This document shows positions 167,800 to 182,329 of a stretch of DNA of 248,000 nucleotides, piece by piece. A program made the position numbers and the translations under genes. This stretch comes from Wallemia ichthyophaga EXF-994. Lineage: Eukaryota > Fungi > Basidiomycota. Position 1 is the stretch's first letter, and the number at the start of each line of letters is the position of its first letter. Location: NCBI RefSeq assembly GCF_000400465.1, contig NW_008806285.1:20001-268000 (forward strand), read 5' to 3'. Below the pieces are notes generated by a model. The model saw nothing but the letters and a program-made list of their open reading frames with translations, searched no databases and had not been told where the DNA came from.

Positions 167800-168680
167800 G
167801 TTAGGATGATCGCATTGATATAAGTGTTTAGTACATTGTTTAGTGTTATAATGCATTGTAGCAACCATTTCTCTCGTTGCATCCCACAAGCGCTCAATAT
167901 GGAACTCGTCTCTACATATCTGATGGATTCAAGATGCGTTTATGCAATGACAGGGCGATTTGAATTGTTCTTTTAGTACTACTAGACGCTTGTAGTAGTG
168001 CTAACCATACGATAGAGTCAATTCTGCTCAAGGCACCCTCCAACTGACCAATTTAGCGAGAAGATAGGCGTAAAGATACCATATACTGACAATTTGAACA
168101 TTTTAGCAATATCATCGTTTTCATGGCATCTTCAGCATTCCGATACATCCCCATAACAACTATCCGCTCAATAGTCATCGAGTCGAATTTTCCTAATACC
168201 ATCTATCTCATCTCAGATGGTGATTTACGAGTTTTAATGATCCCCAAATAAAAAAGCTTGTTTTATAGCTTTAAATGAGCTCTACAAGATCTTACAAGAA
168301 CTATTTCCCTGAACCTTCATTTGCGCCCTGTAGGTTGTTCGGTAGTTGCATTTCGAGATCGTACGCTATTAGAGAGATATAGGGATTTAACGCGCTTAGT
168401 CGACAGAACAGATTATAATAACTGATGGAGACTTCAAGAACCCAGAAATCTCAAGCGCTCACCCTTGTAGACGTGATTTACGTTTTCCGACAAGTAGCGT
168501 CCACAGGACTAAATGCTGGCTCCAGGGAAGAAGCCAGGACATTCCGGATCATTACACGCCTATTGCATACAAATTATGCAACAAAAAAACAAGCGTCATC
168601 CCAACTCTGTAAATCGGGACTCTAGCTTCACCTGGTGCATTTCGAGATGTCACATAATGGGGGCGGAGGAGTGATTAAGC
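167800..168680 (+). repeat. Diverged ~0.9-kb dispersed repeat, copy 3
   Basis: Colinear with 153080-153950. Confidence 0.85.
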
Positions 168681-169369
168681 ATGCATTAGAATTGCATAGG
168701 TCGGCTTAGTAGGTATATATGTTTTTTGATACCAAGTCACACCCTTTGCAGCATGCCATATCTAGCTGCTAGCTGGACGAGTGCAGAGCACTTCGCTGCG
168801 CTATCGGCAACAAACATATCTGCAAACGTCTCATAGAGCTAATTACTACTAACAGGAGCTAATGTTACTTTAATTAGCAGTCGTCAAGGTGTTATGGCGA
168901 ACTAAATCACGTCATCCTCTGAGATTGCAACGTCATTCCAACTCTCAAAGTTCAATCATAGGCGGAAGAGTACAATGAAGTCGAATCAGTTTACATGAGT
169001 GATGACAATGAAATATTGAGTTAATGTGAGCAAGTTTGCTGCTGAATGATCACCTTTGATACCTGCCAATTAGCGAGAGAGAGGGGGATGAACGGCAGTA
169101 ATTCATCATATCGATAAAAGTAGTCGTACTACAACTAGATTTACGTGCAACGCCTATGTCCTCCTTCCACTTGATAACCTTGGTGGGGACGACGATCTGA
169201 ATATGCGTGTGTTTTCAATGTTCAAGGATGATCTTTGCACTTTGCATTTAGAGATATCAAAGCCATCTTTGGTAGCATAAGTCAGGCACTGGTCCAAAAC
169301 GCATAATGTGCACATTGTGAAGATAAACTTAAATATATAAAACTGTACAAAACTTTGATTAGTTTGCTG

Positions 169370-170754
169370 CGATCGATGGAGGTTGCACTGTGCTAGGCGC
169401 TACCGGAGCCGCTGAAGCAGATTCGTTGGAGAGGTTACTGCTCACTTTACCACCAGCTGTTTTTCTTCCAGCTGATCGTAAACCAAAACAAACTCACGCT
169501 TTATCTTCTCCCAGCTCTTTGGATCGAAGAAGATATAGCTACCACGTTCAAGCATTGGTGTCTTCTGCACTGGCTCAGATCCGGATTCTTTAGTCAACCA
169601 AAGTCCTAAATCCTTGTGATATCTCCAGTTTCTGTTGAATCTGAGAAGGTATTAGCTTGTTTTCGGTGAAAATAGAAAAGCCACGCTCACAATTCAATTG
169701 CTGCTACTTGCTGCATTACATCCTTTGCGTGAGTGTAGAATATGTAGAAGAGGGTTTCGTCGTGGAATTCTGCGACCTTGGTGAATGCTGGTGGTGGTGG
169801 TTGGACGTTGTAACAAGCAGGTAGTGTGAACTCTGGTTCTAGTGTAGCTGCATCTCTGGCATTGTTGTCGGAAAATGGTGACACGAACGTCGAGTTAAGC
169901 ATTCTTCAGCTGTGTCAGAGGTAATGATCGAGTTGAGTATTCGTACATACGTCGGAGAGCTCAAATCCAGTCCAAGATTTGTCAAATCAGATCCCAAAGC
170001 CAGCATTCCCATATCAGACGACGACATTCTTATTATGTTCAACAATCCTAACAATCCAAACCTGTCAGCAGGCGATACTAGCACTTGCTGAGCCGGGGTC
170101 TGAGCCATAGGTAGATTGGGTTGTTGGGCGTTTGGATTTTGTGCAGCGGTCATTTCGAACATGAAATTCTAAGCCACGTGATCAGCAGATAGGAGCTAGG
170201 TATAAAGTCAAACATACTCTTTTGTCCCTCTGTGAAGCTGCGTTTGAAGCAGATGCAGGTGCGGGTGTCCTCGAAGTGTTGGAAGGGAAGTATGGCTGTC
170301 GTATAGATTCACTGGATTTAGGCTGTACACCGTTTAGACTACTCTGATCAGAAGAAAGAGCAGGAAATTCATCCTGATTTAGAGCCGAGGGAGCTGTAGG
170401 CTGGGAATAATGATTTTGCTGCTGCTGACTTTGTTGAGTAGGAGCACCTAAAGCGGGGAAATCATTTGGATCGAGCCTAGGTTCTGACTGGCTAGGTATC
170501 ACGCCGACATTGAGCAACTGCGATTGATTACTGCTGTTGTTATTGATTGGATGAGCTTGTGCAGCTGTCACGGGAGAAGGACCTGCGTAGGGGAACGAAT
170601 TTTGCCTCGGATTAGAATTAGGCGTCAAGCTTGGCTGATTAAAGCTTTGCCTCTGTTGTTGCTGCTGCTGGATAGGCGCGAAACCTCGCAATACGTGTGG
170701 CGCTGCTAAATACGGCGCATAAGGAGGTCTAAAAGGAAGATTTGGAGGGTTCAT
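169370..170754 (-). CDS. CDC36: CCR4-NOT subunit Not2
   Basis: DFPAL motifs, DRFGLLGLL, LALGSDLTNLG, DETLFYIFY. Confidence 0.88.
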
Positions 170755-170873
170755 AGATTGCGGCCTTTGGGGAGTTTGCCCTGTATCTGATTTAATTAGT
170801 TTAAAAAATTAGGCTGAGTAGACTAACTCATAGTTCTTGTCCAAGAGAGACGGCCAACGACAACGACGACGAT

Positions 170874-172495
170874 ATGAGCGATAGCTACACGAAAGACGAA
170901 TTGATCTCAATATTCAAGCAATTCAAATCTGATAAATCGAACAGAGTGTGCTTCGATTGTCCAGCTAAGAATCCAACTTGGGCATCTGCGACGTATGGCA
171001 TTTACATTTGCTTGGACTGCAGCTCAATACATAGGAATATGGGCGTACATCTGTCATTCGTTAGATCTACAACGCTTGATAGCTGGAATTCCCTGCAACT
171101 GCGTACGATGAGATGCGGTGGTAATCAATCTGCAGTGGATTTCTTCAATACCCACGCAGGAGGTCACTTGTTGAACGATTCAGACGTAAAAGCAAAATAT
171201 AACTCAGGAATTGCAAGATTATACAAGCAAGAACTCGCAAAGAGGGTTGAGAAAGACCACATTGAGTGAGTTTACTCGTTTCCGGTGTGCAAACACTCAT
171301 TCCTTATCTTTTATAAAGTTTTCCTGGGAAAGTCCTTGTCCCTGGCACTCAATCTGTTGCTAAACCTGAAAGTAGAGTTGAAGACGACTTCTTCAACAAC
171401 TGGGATAAGCCTTCCTCACCTGCCCCAGCTGCGGATCCGGCAAGCAAGCCAGCTGGACCTCCAACTATTGGCAGAACTGTCTCTCAAACTAGCGCGACTT
171501 CGATACCTTCAGACAGCACCGGGACTTCACCCCAAACTCAAGTTTCTCGACCTTCCTCAACTCCTAGAACAATCTCTTCAGCATCTCTTAGACAACCGTC
171601 CAGCTCAGCTCGCCCTGCAAAATCAACTTCAAAGCTCGGCGCATCCAAGTTTGGCGCAAAGAAAGCCTCAACTCCGTTCAACTACGATGAAGCTGAGAAG
171701 AAGGCTCAGTTGGAAAGTGAGAGATTGAAAGCAGCAGAATTGGAGGCTCATAAGCGTGCTGAAGAAGAAATGACCAAGCAAGCAGCTCAAGCTGAAGCAG
171801 ATGCTGCGGCTACTGCTATTTCTGCACAAAATGCTGAAAAGGCTCGTAAAGAGGCTAAGACCGCTAGTCCATCAGTAGAGAAGCTTGAACCACGAATGGC
171901 TAGACTTGGATTTGGTCAGACAACCGGTGCAAAGAGTACTCCTTCAGCCTCGACGTGAGTGCGTCGATTGTCTATCGACTTAGCTCACAAATACAGACCA
172001 AGCTTCAAATCAACTAAGGATGATGCACCAACTACGGCCAGAGACAAGTTTGGTGGTCAAAAAGGTGATTGAACCCTTACCATACCCACTGATTACTAAC
172101 TTATTCACAGCGATTTCATCTGATATGTACTTTGAACGCGGTAATTACGACGCAGACGAAAGTGCCGCTGCACAAGGCAGGCTCAGAGAGTTTAATGGAC
172201 AAACGGCCATCTCATCTGATGCCTATTTTGGAAGAGAACGGAACTCGTTTGACGAAGATGACCAAGCAAATGAAGGAATGCTCGGCAGTGGTGATACCTA
172301 TCAGCAACTTGAAGACACAGCGAGAGACTGGGCTCAAAGAGTTGCTGCAAACCCAGATGTTCAACAACTTGGAGAGGGAATACGTGCTGGTGCACTTAAA
172401 GTGAGTAGATATCGAAGCATTAGTTACATAACAAATACTAATGTAAATTCAGCTTTCAGACTACCTTGCATACTGGTCAACTGAACAACGCTAAG
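170874..172495 (+). CDS. GLO3: ArfGAP Glo3-like
   Basis: CFDC...[20 protein letters not shown]; AISSDMYF. Confidence 0.88.
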
Positions 172496-172589
172496 GGGTA
172501 AATTTTTTGTCTTATTCTTCATTTGTACCGCTTCATACCAACACATTCCAAAAAGATTGATTTTATTTAGGGCTGGATTCAAACGTCTA

Positions 172590-173234
172590 TGAAAGACGGA
172601 AAAGAATCGAAAGAGAGTACAATAAGGAATGGGAGATTTGCAAAGCTACGACCTATTCACGTCGAAAACGTTGGTGCGTTTGGAACTGAGAGTGATAAAA
172701 TAACAGGTTGAATATTGTATCGATAGGTACCGTCGCAAGAGATCACCTGGCATCCGAAAGAACATGGCTAAGCTATGTGCAAACGTCGTTGGCTATTGCG
172801 TCAATAGGAGTCGGTAGGTTTGTTGAATAACGCTTTAAAAATAATTGATCAAAAGAAAAACAGCAATTACACAACTGTTTGCTATTAAGCCAATAGATAA
172901 TGGCATTGCAGACGATTCAGTATCTCTAGGCAGTCAACAAAATCAAACGCGTGACAATTCGACGAAATACAACAATCCGCGTAATTTTTCGAGACCGCTG
173001 GGAACTATACTAATAGTATTTGGTATAATAGTGTTATTACATGGTGAATCTATCTGCTACACACTCTACGCTGCTTACAACGAATAAGGAATGCTAAGAT
173101 TCATTTTAATACAAACGGCTTTATTAGACGGAAAATTTCCAGTCTTATCTAGAATCGCACTCTTTACATTTACTTTATTACTCGCGCTTTTTTTTATTAC
173201 ATGTTTTGTACTTATAATTATATCCCAGTAGCTA
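172590..173234 (+). CDS. DUF202 membrane protein
   Basis: Manually spliced ENVG/TVARDHLASERTWLSYVQTS; ends approximate. Confidence 0.65.
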
Positions 173235-173244
173235 GCTTAAGTCG

Positions 173245-173916
173245 ATGAATCTTATTACACCAAAAACAGCGTTTAGACCAAATGACAAGATATCTTTAGC
173301 TATCTTAACACACGCATACAAGCCTTTAGGTGGTTCGAGTAAAGATTATCCACTTGCAATCATGGCAAGATGGCTCAAAGATGCTGGCTATTTCGTCATC
173401 CTCTATGACAGACAGTCGACTACCTGGACAGGTGATGCAGAGGTCAACGAGCTTGAGCATATTCTCAGAGATACTATCTTTACTCGTCTCTCAATTTTCA
173501 CATTATCGAAAGTAATCATTGGTGTACGTTTGTGATAGCAGTGAGAGCTATCTAATTTAGTGCAGGGATACAGTGCAGGCTCTCTGATTGCATCTAGATT
173601 GGCCAAACCGGACTGGATGGAATGTGAAGTCCAATATCTGCTCATATCACATCCCCTGTCAGTTTCTTGGGCGTTGAACTTATTCAGAGGAGCTCAGGCA
173701 CAGCAGTGCTTGCATAGAAATCTCAAACACTGCAAGATGCTTGCAATTTGGGGCACAAATGATCAATTCACTGGTGTTAATCAATACAGACAGTGGAATG
173801 ACGACTTACGCAGTAAATTCCCAAACACTTGGAGCTCAATAGAGGTTGGAGGTGCGGATCATTTCTGGAAGTCGCTTGATACTGTCTACAATAGATTTGT
173901 TGATTGGATTACATGA
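173245..173916 (+). CDS. Small alpha/beta hydrolase
   Basis: HAYKPLGG, GYSAGS, WGTNDQFT, GADHFW. Confidence 0.7.
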
Positions 173917-173949
173917 TTTAAAGATAACGATAAGCAAGAGATAATTGGA

Positions 173950-174454
173950 TTAAGCACCGTGCATTTTGATAGTTGCTTTTGGTACTCCCTGTTGTTGAGA
174001 AATGAGCAATTGATTGCGCTTGAAAGTCCCACTCACCTCCGATATCAGGAATTCTTGGATCTTGAAACGCTGATCACCTTGCAACTGGATAACTTGACCA
174101 AGTTCCTCATCGTCAACTATAGTACCGTTACAAGCGAACTCCTTTTTAAAAGCTTTCAAGATCTTTTTCAGATCGTATTCTGGTTATAAGGTATCTGATT
174201 AAACCAGGATTCAAATGAATATCCAAGACGTACCTTTAGGAATACCTTGAAGGGTTGTAAGTGTCTTACGACCATTTCTTTGTTGAATTCTAATGTGAAT
174301 GTAGTTTTGTTGGTTACCGACGTTGTTGGCTGACTCGCTGCCACCACCAAAGTCTTCGTCTACTGCGAATGGGTCTGTAATAAATATGAGTATTACCTAT
174401 CATGTCATTTAGTGTATTGTTACCATCTTTTGAGAAATTTTGGATTGTTGCCAT
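173950..174454 (-). CDS. SUI1: Translation initiation factor eIF1
   Basis: RNGRKTLT, FKKEFACNG, IQLQGDQR. Confidence 0.95.
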
Positions 174455-174729
174455 CGTCAGAGTCTGTTGTCAGGATTCAAACTTGACGACTAAAGGGAAA
174501 TTGTGCGGTGAAAATGTGTATGAAATATATTCCAAACGATAGCAATGGTGCAGTGTGTGTTTTTCACGCTTTGTATTTCAGTATTGAGTGTCTTCTGTGA
174601 TTGGTTGGAGGTTAGATATACTCAGAGATACGCAAAAGAACCGGTAGCAAGTGAGGGATGTACGATTACCGGAATTATTGATGTGTTTTCCTCAAGTTTA
174701 TTTCTTAAATTCAAACGACCATCTCGTCT

Positions 174730-176137
174730 ATGCACGACTTCACCAAATCTTTGAACAACAGAGAGAAGCTGCTGCTTTGCCAGTATATCAATGAGCACAA
174801 CTTTAATTGGAACCTAATACCACGCTCCCTGTCAAGTCATCCACTCCTTCTATCCAGGTCACCGGGATTTTTCACTTCAGATGTTGGTACAGAGGACGCA
174901 ATAGAAGCCCAGCTGACTGTTCGTAGAGTTGTAAAGTCGCTTATAACGATCTTTTACTGGAATTGGAACTCGAAGCGTAAGTTACGAAAAGACGCAAAGC
175001 ATTTCTCACGAAATAGCAGTGATAACACAAAATACTCAAAGGATTTGCAATGTTGGTGGTTTTTTTTACGGAGAAACAAACAATCTGATCGTTTTACAGC
175101 TCGACCGCAACTGAAGTTAGCGAAAAAGTACTTCAAATTGCATGTTGACGAGATCAAGCAATCCATATGGCAGCAAGAGCGCGACTTTAGAGCTGTGCTG
175201 CAAGATCTGCATAACATGAAGAATAATCAAGCTGAGACATCACAAGAATCCAGTACACGCAAAGAAGCTTCACCTCGACCACCTATTCATAGCGAACGAG
175301 ATAACCAAGAACCAGAAGTTCTACAGGAGAGACTCACATCAAAGGAATCAGCTTCGCGAGAACCAAATCCGAAAGAACAAACACCTGAGGAAGCAGTTGT
175401 TCAGGAACTTGAATCAGAACCACCATTACAGATTAAAGAGTCACAAGACGGTGATGCTGCGATGAACCAATTACCAGAAGAGCATGCGACAAACGATTCC
175501 AATACAAATGATCCCGAAGAAGCAACGCCGAGAGAGCCTGATTCACCTGCTAAAGAAGTTATCGCCGATACACCAAAGAGCTCTGAGGATATGCAGGTGG
175601 ATATGAAGCCAGAGGAAGTCAGAGAGACACGTAGAACATCAAAGAGGAAGAGTGCAGCGGTTGAGAACACCAACAAGAGGTCTCCAGCCACACCGAATGA
175701 AACACCAGAAGATACGGCGAATGCGAATAGCAAGCGTAGAAAGTCTACGCTGGATGACACACAAAGAAAAACACAGAAGGTGCTTCTGCTGTGTCTACAG
175801 GATATTACAACCCACAAAGCAGGTATAGTTTTTGAACAACCAATAAGGGCAAATGAAGCGCCAGGATACCACGATGTTGTTTATTCACCAACAGATCTCA
175901 CAACTATAAAGAGAAAAATACGTGATGGACAGATAACATCAGCACAGCAATTCAAAGCCAACGTGCTTTTGATGTTCGCGAATAGCATAATGTACAATCC
176001 ACCATCGAGTGATGTACATGAGATGGCGCAAGAGGTGAGTGATTAAAGATGGCATGAAGGACTAATTAAATGGTTGAATACAGATGATGAAATCAAGCGA
176101 GAACCTAATAACAGAATTTCTATCAAACTACGAATGA
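174730..176137 (+). CDS. Bromodomain protein (BRD8-like)
   Basis: PIRANEAPGYHDVV..PTDL..IK, MFANSIMYN. Confidence 0.8.
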
Positions 176138-176376
176138 TGAATGTAAAGTAAATGTATGTTGTAAATTAGTGTGTCAGCTGGACTCAGGGAGTGATGTCAC
176201 TCGGTATGTAAACTCTACAAAGAGACGGTAAGTTGGTGTATAAATGAGTTTACATGTAAATTTAAAGTAAAATTCAAATATTGCAGATTGTCCATTTTCG
176301 TTTAACGCGTTGCGGTGCCCGAATCCACGCGCGTCCACGGCTCTTGCTTTAAATCATTGCAACGATAAAATATTAA

Positions 176377-179300
176377 ATGGGGGATTTCTCACCCAGCAGG
176401 TATGATACAAAGACATCGAGGTCGTCTCCATTCGCATATCAGCAGAGAATATTAGAAAGGACTTCGTCTTCACAGCGCAAGCCATCAAACTCTTCTTTAC
176501 AGCAGTCGACGCCGCTAGCATCTCCAAAGCCAACGTTCCTAGATGGCATCTCCCATAGAACTCCATCGGGTAGTCTCTCTAGGCACAAATCATCGCACAG
176601 CGTAGGCGATGTAGCCAGCAAATGGGAAGCCAGATCTCAATCGGACAAGTCCACAGTTCCATTTCCAAACTACCCGAGTCGCTCTCCATCTCCAACCAAA
176701 TCCTCTCCAAACAAGTCTTCTCTCCCTTCTTCTGTATTCACTCCTTTCTCTCATGGCAATCATCCTCCGTCACCTACTCCTGAGAAGACGCCTTCTATTC
176801 GCAGGTCAAGGCCTTTATCTCTACAAAGCACTCCTGATCTTGCCAAGAGCTCCGTTGGTGCCCTCAAAGAACTCGGTTCTTCTCAATCTGTTTACCGCAC
176901 CAATTCTCTTTCCAGAGCTAGATCTATTGACTTGGAGGCTGAGAAACAAAAGGCCTCTGAGCAACCTTCCCCCACTAAGTCTGAAAGCGGTCACAGTATA
177001 CTTGGTCGTGGCACTGCTCCAAGCTATAGAGCAAAATCCGGTGCTCACCTTGGCCGTATCACAAGTGGTGATGCTGAGAATGATTGGGACGAGAATGACA
177101 AACCTGGTGGCTGGGACAAGGATCAGAGAAGCTCTCTCAAAGATGATTCTTTTCATTTACCTGGTATTACAGACATGAGTGAGCAGGTGGTCGGTTTACC
177201 AGGCAGAGTACGTCTATCAAGAACTGGATCACTCACCGAGGGCTCAAGGAACGCTGCGGGCCTCAGGCGCACGAATGCCGTTAAGAATTCGAGCCTCTCT
177301 CCTACCAGAGCATCACAAAACTCTTCAGTCATGTCTCGCACGCAGTACATGACTTTAGACAAACAGCGTCACCTTCTCGCAGCTTACGAGTATCTTTGCC
177401 ACATCTCTGAGGCTATTAGATGGATCGAGGATTGCCTTGAAGGATCACTTGAAATGGATGAAGTTCAGGCAGAAGACGGACTCCGAGACGGTATAGTTCT
177501 CTTCAGATTAGCAAGTGTTTGGGGCTTTGGTGAAGGGATGGAGGATGGGCATATTGGCTGGAACGGCATAAGAAAGAACTACACAGGAAACAGACGTCTT
177601 TTCATGGTAAGTTGAGTACGTCTTAGTAATCAATTCTTGCTAACCCTAAAGTAGCATCCAAACATTCGACACTTTAAATACGTCGATAACATTAACTACT
177701 TCTTCGAGTTTATCAGGCGCATCAGTTTACCTGAAGTGAGTGTTGCTTTTTCGTCATTCAAACATTTTAATTCTTCCAGCTGTTCACGTTCGAAACAACT
177801 GATCTCTATGAAAAGAAAAACATCCCGAAAGTAATCTACTGTCTCCATGCATTGAGTTATCTTCTTGCTGGACGAGGTGTTGCTCCACGCATTGGCGCTC
177901 TGAAGGGTCAACTTGAGTTTACTGGTGAGCGCATTGTTTTATAATGGATACAGTTTATTTACGGTCTCATAGACGATCAGCTTCGCCAGACTCAGAAGAA
178001 TCTTGATGCTTCCAACGTCCCAATGCCAAATTTCGGTGGATTGGCTTCAACATTTGGGGATCCTGAACCAATACAAGAACCAGAGCCCGTCGAATCAGAA
178101 GAAGACCGCATAGCTAGAGAGCTCTTTGACGTCGAAGGAACAATCGTTACATTGCAGGCTCAAGCAAGAGGCTACCTCACGAGACTGCAAGTTTCGAGCC
178201 TCAAAATAAAAATGAAGCTGAACAAGAAGATTATCACTGTCGTTCAAGCAAGATGCAGAGGTAAAATTACGAGATCTCGCTTGTCTAGCCTACGTGAGAG
178301 GCGCTCAGGATCTGCTATGAAGTGGGTCGTGCCTCTTCAAGCAATTGCAAGACAGAAGCTTGTTCGTGATGAACAAAAAGATATAAAGAAGTACTTGATG
178401 ATTTGCAAACCCGCTGTTACTGCCCTACAGGCACAAGCTCGTGGTCTACTTTCCCGAAAAAAGTATGTAAACAAGCTGCATATTATATATCGCCAGAATC
178501 GCACTGGTGTTTATCAGGGCTTACAAGCTCAATGTCGCGGTTTGCTTGCAATTAGCTCATTCAGAAAGTGTAAAAGCGCTCTGAACAACCGTGCTGAGCT
178601 TCAGCGGGCTCTTCTTATACAATCTAGCTGTCGTGGGTATTTGGTTAAATCAAAGTATACCGAGTATTTGGATAGTATTACAGAGCAAGTTCCTGTCTAC
178701 ACAGCTGTTCAAGCTGCTTGTCGTTCGAAAGCCAGCAGAAGCAAGTATCAATCAAAGTTGAAAGACGTGATGAAGTCATCACAAAATTTTGTTCATTTAC
178801 AGGCACACTCGCGTGGGATTATTTTTAGAAGAAAGCACAGAAAGCTTAATAACGCTCTCAAAAGCGCATCGACTACCCAATCGGTTGTATCAATACAGTC
178901 ACATGCCAGAGCGTTAATCGCGAGACAGGAAAATGAATCATTCCGAGCACAACTGGAATCGCTATTTGGTGCACATGTTAAAATACAGGCATGTTCTAGA
179001 GGAGCTAATGTTAGAGATCAATGTGAAAGTATATTAGCATACTTGGATGATAACTACAAAAGTATTATATCAGTACAGTCCCTCTCTCGCACGAAGCTCA
179101 TTCATGATAGATACAATTACTTGAACTCGTTACTTGAGCAGTCTTCAATTTCCACATTACAGTTGCAAAGTCAATGCAGGGGTTTCCTTGTCAGAAAGTC
179201 CAATGAACAGCTGAAAGCTGAACTTTCGGACGATTCTAAATTGAGTTCTATCTGTCAAATTCAATCCCTTGGACGTGCGACTCTGGTAAGACGATCTATC

Positions 179301-182190
179301 TGGAACATCTTCCAAGAGCTGGAATCAATGGAGGGTGAAATAGTCAAATGCCAAGCACAGTCTAGGGGCTGCTTGATACGCAAAGATCAGACTATGTGGA
179401 AACGCCATCTTCAAGTATCACAACCTCAAGCTGTCAATCTTCAGTCAGTCTTGCGTGCTTACGTTCAAAGGCAGAAATTCGGTGAGAAGAAGACTCATTA
179501 TCGTGCAAACAAGGAGAAGATAGTGAAGGTTCAGGCCTTATATCGTGGTAAGGAGAAGAGGGAGCAGTTCAAAGAACTCACTATGGGTAATAATGTTCCT
179601 TTGAACACGGTCAAAGAGTTTGTCCACTTACTTGACGACTCTGATTATGACTTTGATGAAGAAATTGAATTGGTAGATGTGCGTAAGAAGGTCCTTGAAT
179701 CAATAAGAGAAACGCAAGCACTGGAATCACACGTAGATGAACTAGACGTCAAAATTGCTTTGGTTGTTAAGAACGCACTCTCGTTTGATGAACTGGTCCG
179801 TGCCGCTAAAGGCCGCACAGTCGCTTCAAGTACTCTCAATCGAAATGGAAGCGTGTTGACAGCAGCTGGTGATCCATTTAGTCCTGGAAAAATGGATAAG
179901 CAAACAATAAGAAGACTTGAGCTATATCAACAGCTGTTTTGGAGGCTGCAAAACCAACCAGAGTATCTCGCACGTCTCTTCTATAATATGAGCAGAACGG
180001 AGGTGTCTGATAAGAACCGTCGTTTGATCGAAAATGTTATCATGACCTTATTTGGTTACACTCAATCAGCTCGCGAGGAGTACTTATTTTTGAAAGTTAT
180101 GCAAAGATCGATGCATGAGGAAATTGCATCAGCTAGGCAATTGTCAGACGTTGTTAGGGGTTCATTCACTTGGGTTAAGATGTTTTTGCTTTATCTACGT
180201 GGTCCTGAAAGAAAAACCTATCTAAAGCAAGCACTTGGACCTAGAATCTCAGAGATCACGTCATTAGAATCATTTGATCTTGAAACAGATCCAGTTATTA
180301 TTTGGAAACAAATAATAAACTATCAAGAGTTAGAGAGTGGTAAACCGAGCGACAAGAAGAAAGACGTGACTTATGAAGAAGCTATATCTGATTCTGACAC
180401 AAGAGTAACCTTCATCCATCACCTTCAGCAGCTTAGACACGCTACAGAGCATTTCCGCGGAGATATTCAGAAGTCAACAAAGAAGATGCCTTATGGATTG
180501 AGATTTATTGCTCGTGAATTGTACTTGGCTCTCCGCATCAAATTCAAGAACGAGAGTGAGGAAGCATGTAATAGAATCATAGGGCAACTTATCTATTACA
180601 GATATATTCAGCCAGCAATTGTCACTCCAGAGACATTCGATGTTGTTCCAAAAGTGCTTGACCCACTACAGAGGAAAAATCTCAATGAGATTGCAAAGAT
180701 GCTTACTCAATTGGCTATGGGTGAAGTATTTAGTGATGAAAATACATACCTTACTCCTCTAAATGACTACATTATGGATGCTTCATCTAAATTCATCCCT
180801 TGGTTTGGTCAAGGTACGTTCTAATCGCTACAAAGACTATTTCTAACATTCATAGTCGCTGATGCTGTTGATGCCGAGACATACTTTAATGCAGGCGAGT
180901 TCTTGGAGTACAACACCACAAGAAAACCTTCAATTCATATATCACCAAGCGAAATCTATGATGTTCACTCCCTTCTCAACCAGAATTTGGATCGCATTGC
181001 CCCCACAAGAGAGGATCCACTACGTGCAATTTTATTGGAACTTGGTGGCCCACCATTACCAGCTCAAGGAGAGCTGTATGAGGCACGCAAGAGAGCAATT
181101 TCATTGACACTCACCAACCGCAATACTCAAGTTGACAATCCAAATGACCCACAAACGCATAAGAAACAACTCTGGCTTCAAACTAAGCGTCTAGTCTTAG
181201 CCGTTTTAAGAATACAACCTGAGCGAACCTTGACCCAATCTTTCATCTCTGAAGTTACTAAAGAGCACGAAGCGCAATGGCAATTGTTCGTACAAAAGGA
181301 AGCTTTAATAGAGAGATCTAGAATAACTGGAGCAGGAGATACAGTGTCACCATTCTTAGGATCGGGTTATAAGATAAACGACATCAGACAAATGAACTAT
181401 ACGGAAGTCAAAGCTAGAGCTATAGAATACTGTTTACAATTAGAGAAGATTGGCGAAATTTCGAGGAAAGACAACTACCAGAGTGTGCTAAATGCAATTG
181501 CAGTTGATGTCAGAAGTCGTAATAGAAAGAGAATTCAAAGGCAAAAGGAGTTGAGCAGCATGGAGAACACATTGAAGATACTGGAAGAAAAGAAAGAGTA
181601 TCTTCTAACACAGCAAGATGCTTTCAACTCATATATAGAGACCTCCATGCAGTAAGTTGATATCTCACGTGATGTAACTGGACTGACTGTATGTAGAACT
181701 ATGCAAAAGAAGGGCAAAAAACGGTTTGTCTTACCATTCACTAAACAGTGGTCTCATTTGAGAGACTTGAAACACACCGGTAAAAAATTTAAATTCGGTT
181801 CATATAAGTATGCTGCACAAGAGTAAGTTTTTTATTGTCTTTGTTATATCACTGACACACATTAGGCTTTACAATCGCGGACTTTTATTATCAATCAGTC
181901 AAGTATCTCCAAGACAATACGACGGCATTTTCCTTACTTTCAGCTCGGATGAAATAGGTGTATTTAAGATAGACCTGAATATCGCTGGAGAGCAGAATGC
182001 TATGGCTAGTGAAGACGTAAGACTGGAAGATATGCTGCAGATGCAGTTTGAGAATAAGAGTTCAATTGCAATTTGCCAAGGAAACGTCAAGTGTAACTTG
182101 AATGTTCTATTATTCCAGTTGTATAAGAAGTGAGAAGAGTTTTATTTCTACGATGCTAAATACTAACGAAGCAAAGGTTTTATCAATAGA
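176377..182190 (+). CDS. IQG1: IQGAP (CH, IQ repeats, RasGAP, RGCT)
   Basis: AYEYLCHISEA, IQ repeats, YYRYIQPAI, FKFGSYKY. Confidence 0.92.
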
Positions 182191-182329
182191 ACGCATATAC
182201 AATTGTCAATATATTTCTTTTAATCTTGTACTGTTGTAATTCCATCTAAATTTGCATTCAATGTTATGCATCCAACCAATTAAATAGTCAGTATATCTCA
182301 AAACACACGCTCTGCACCATAAAATCAGG

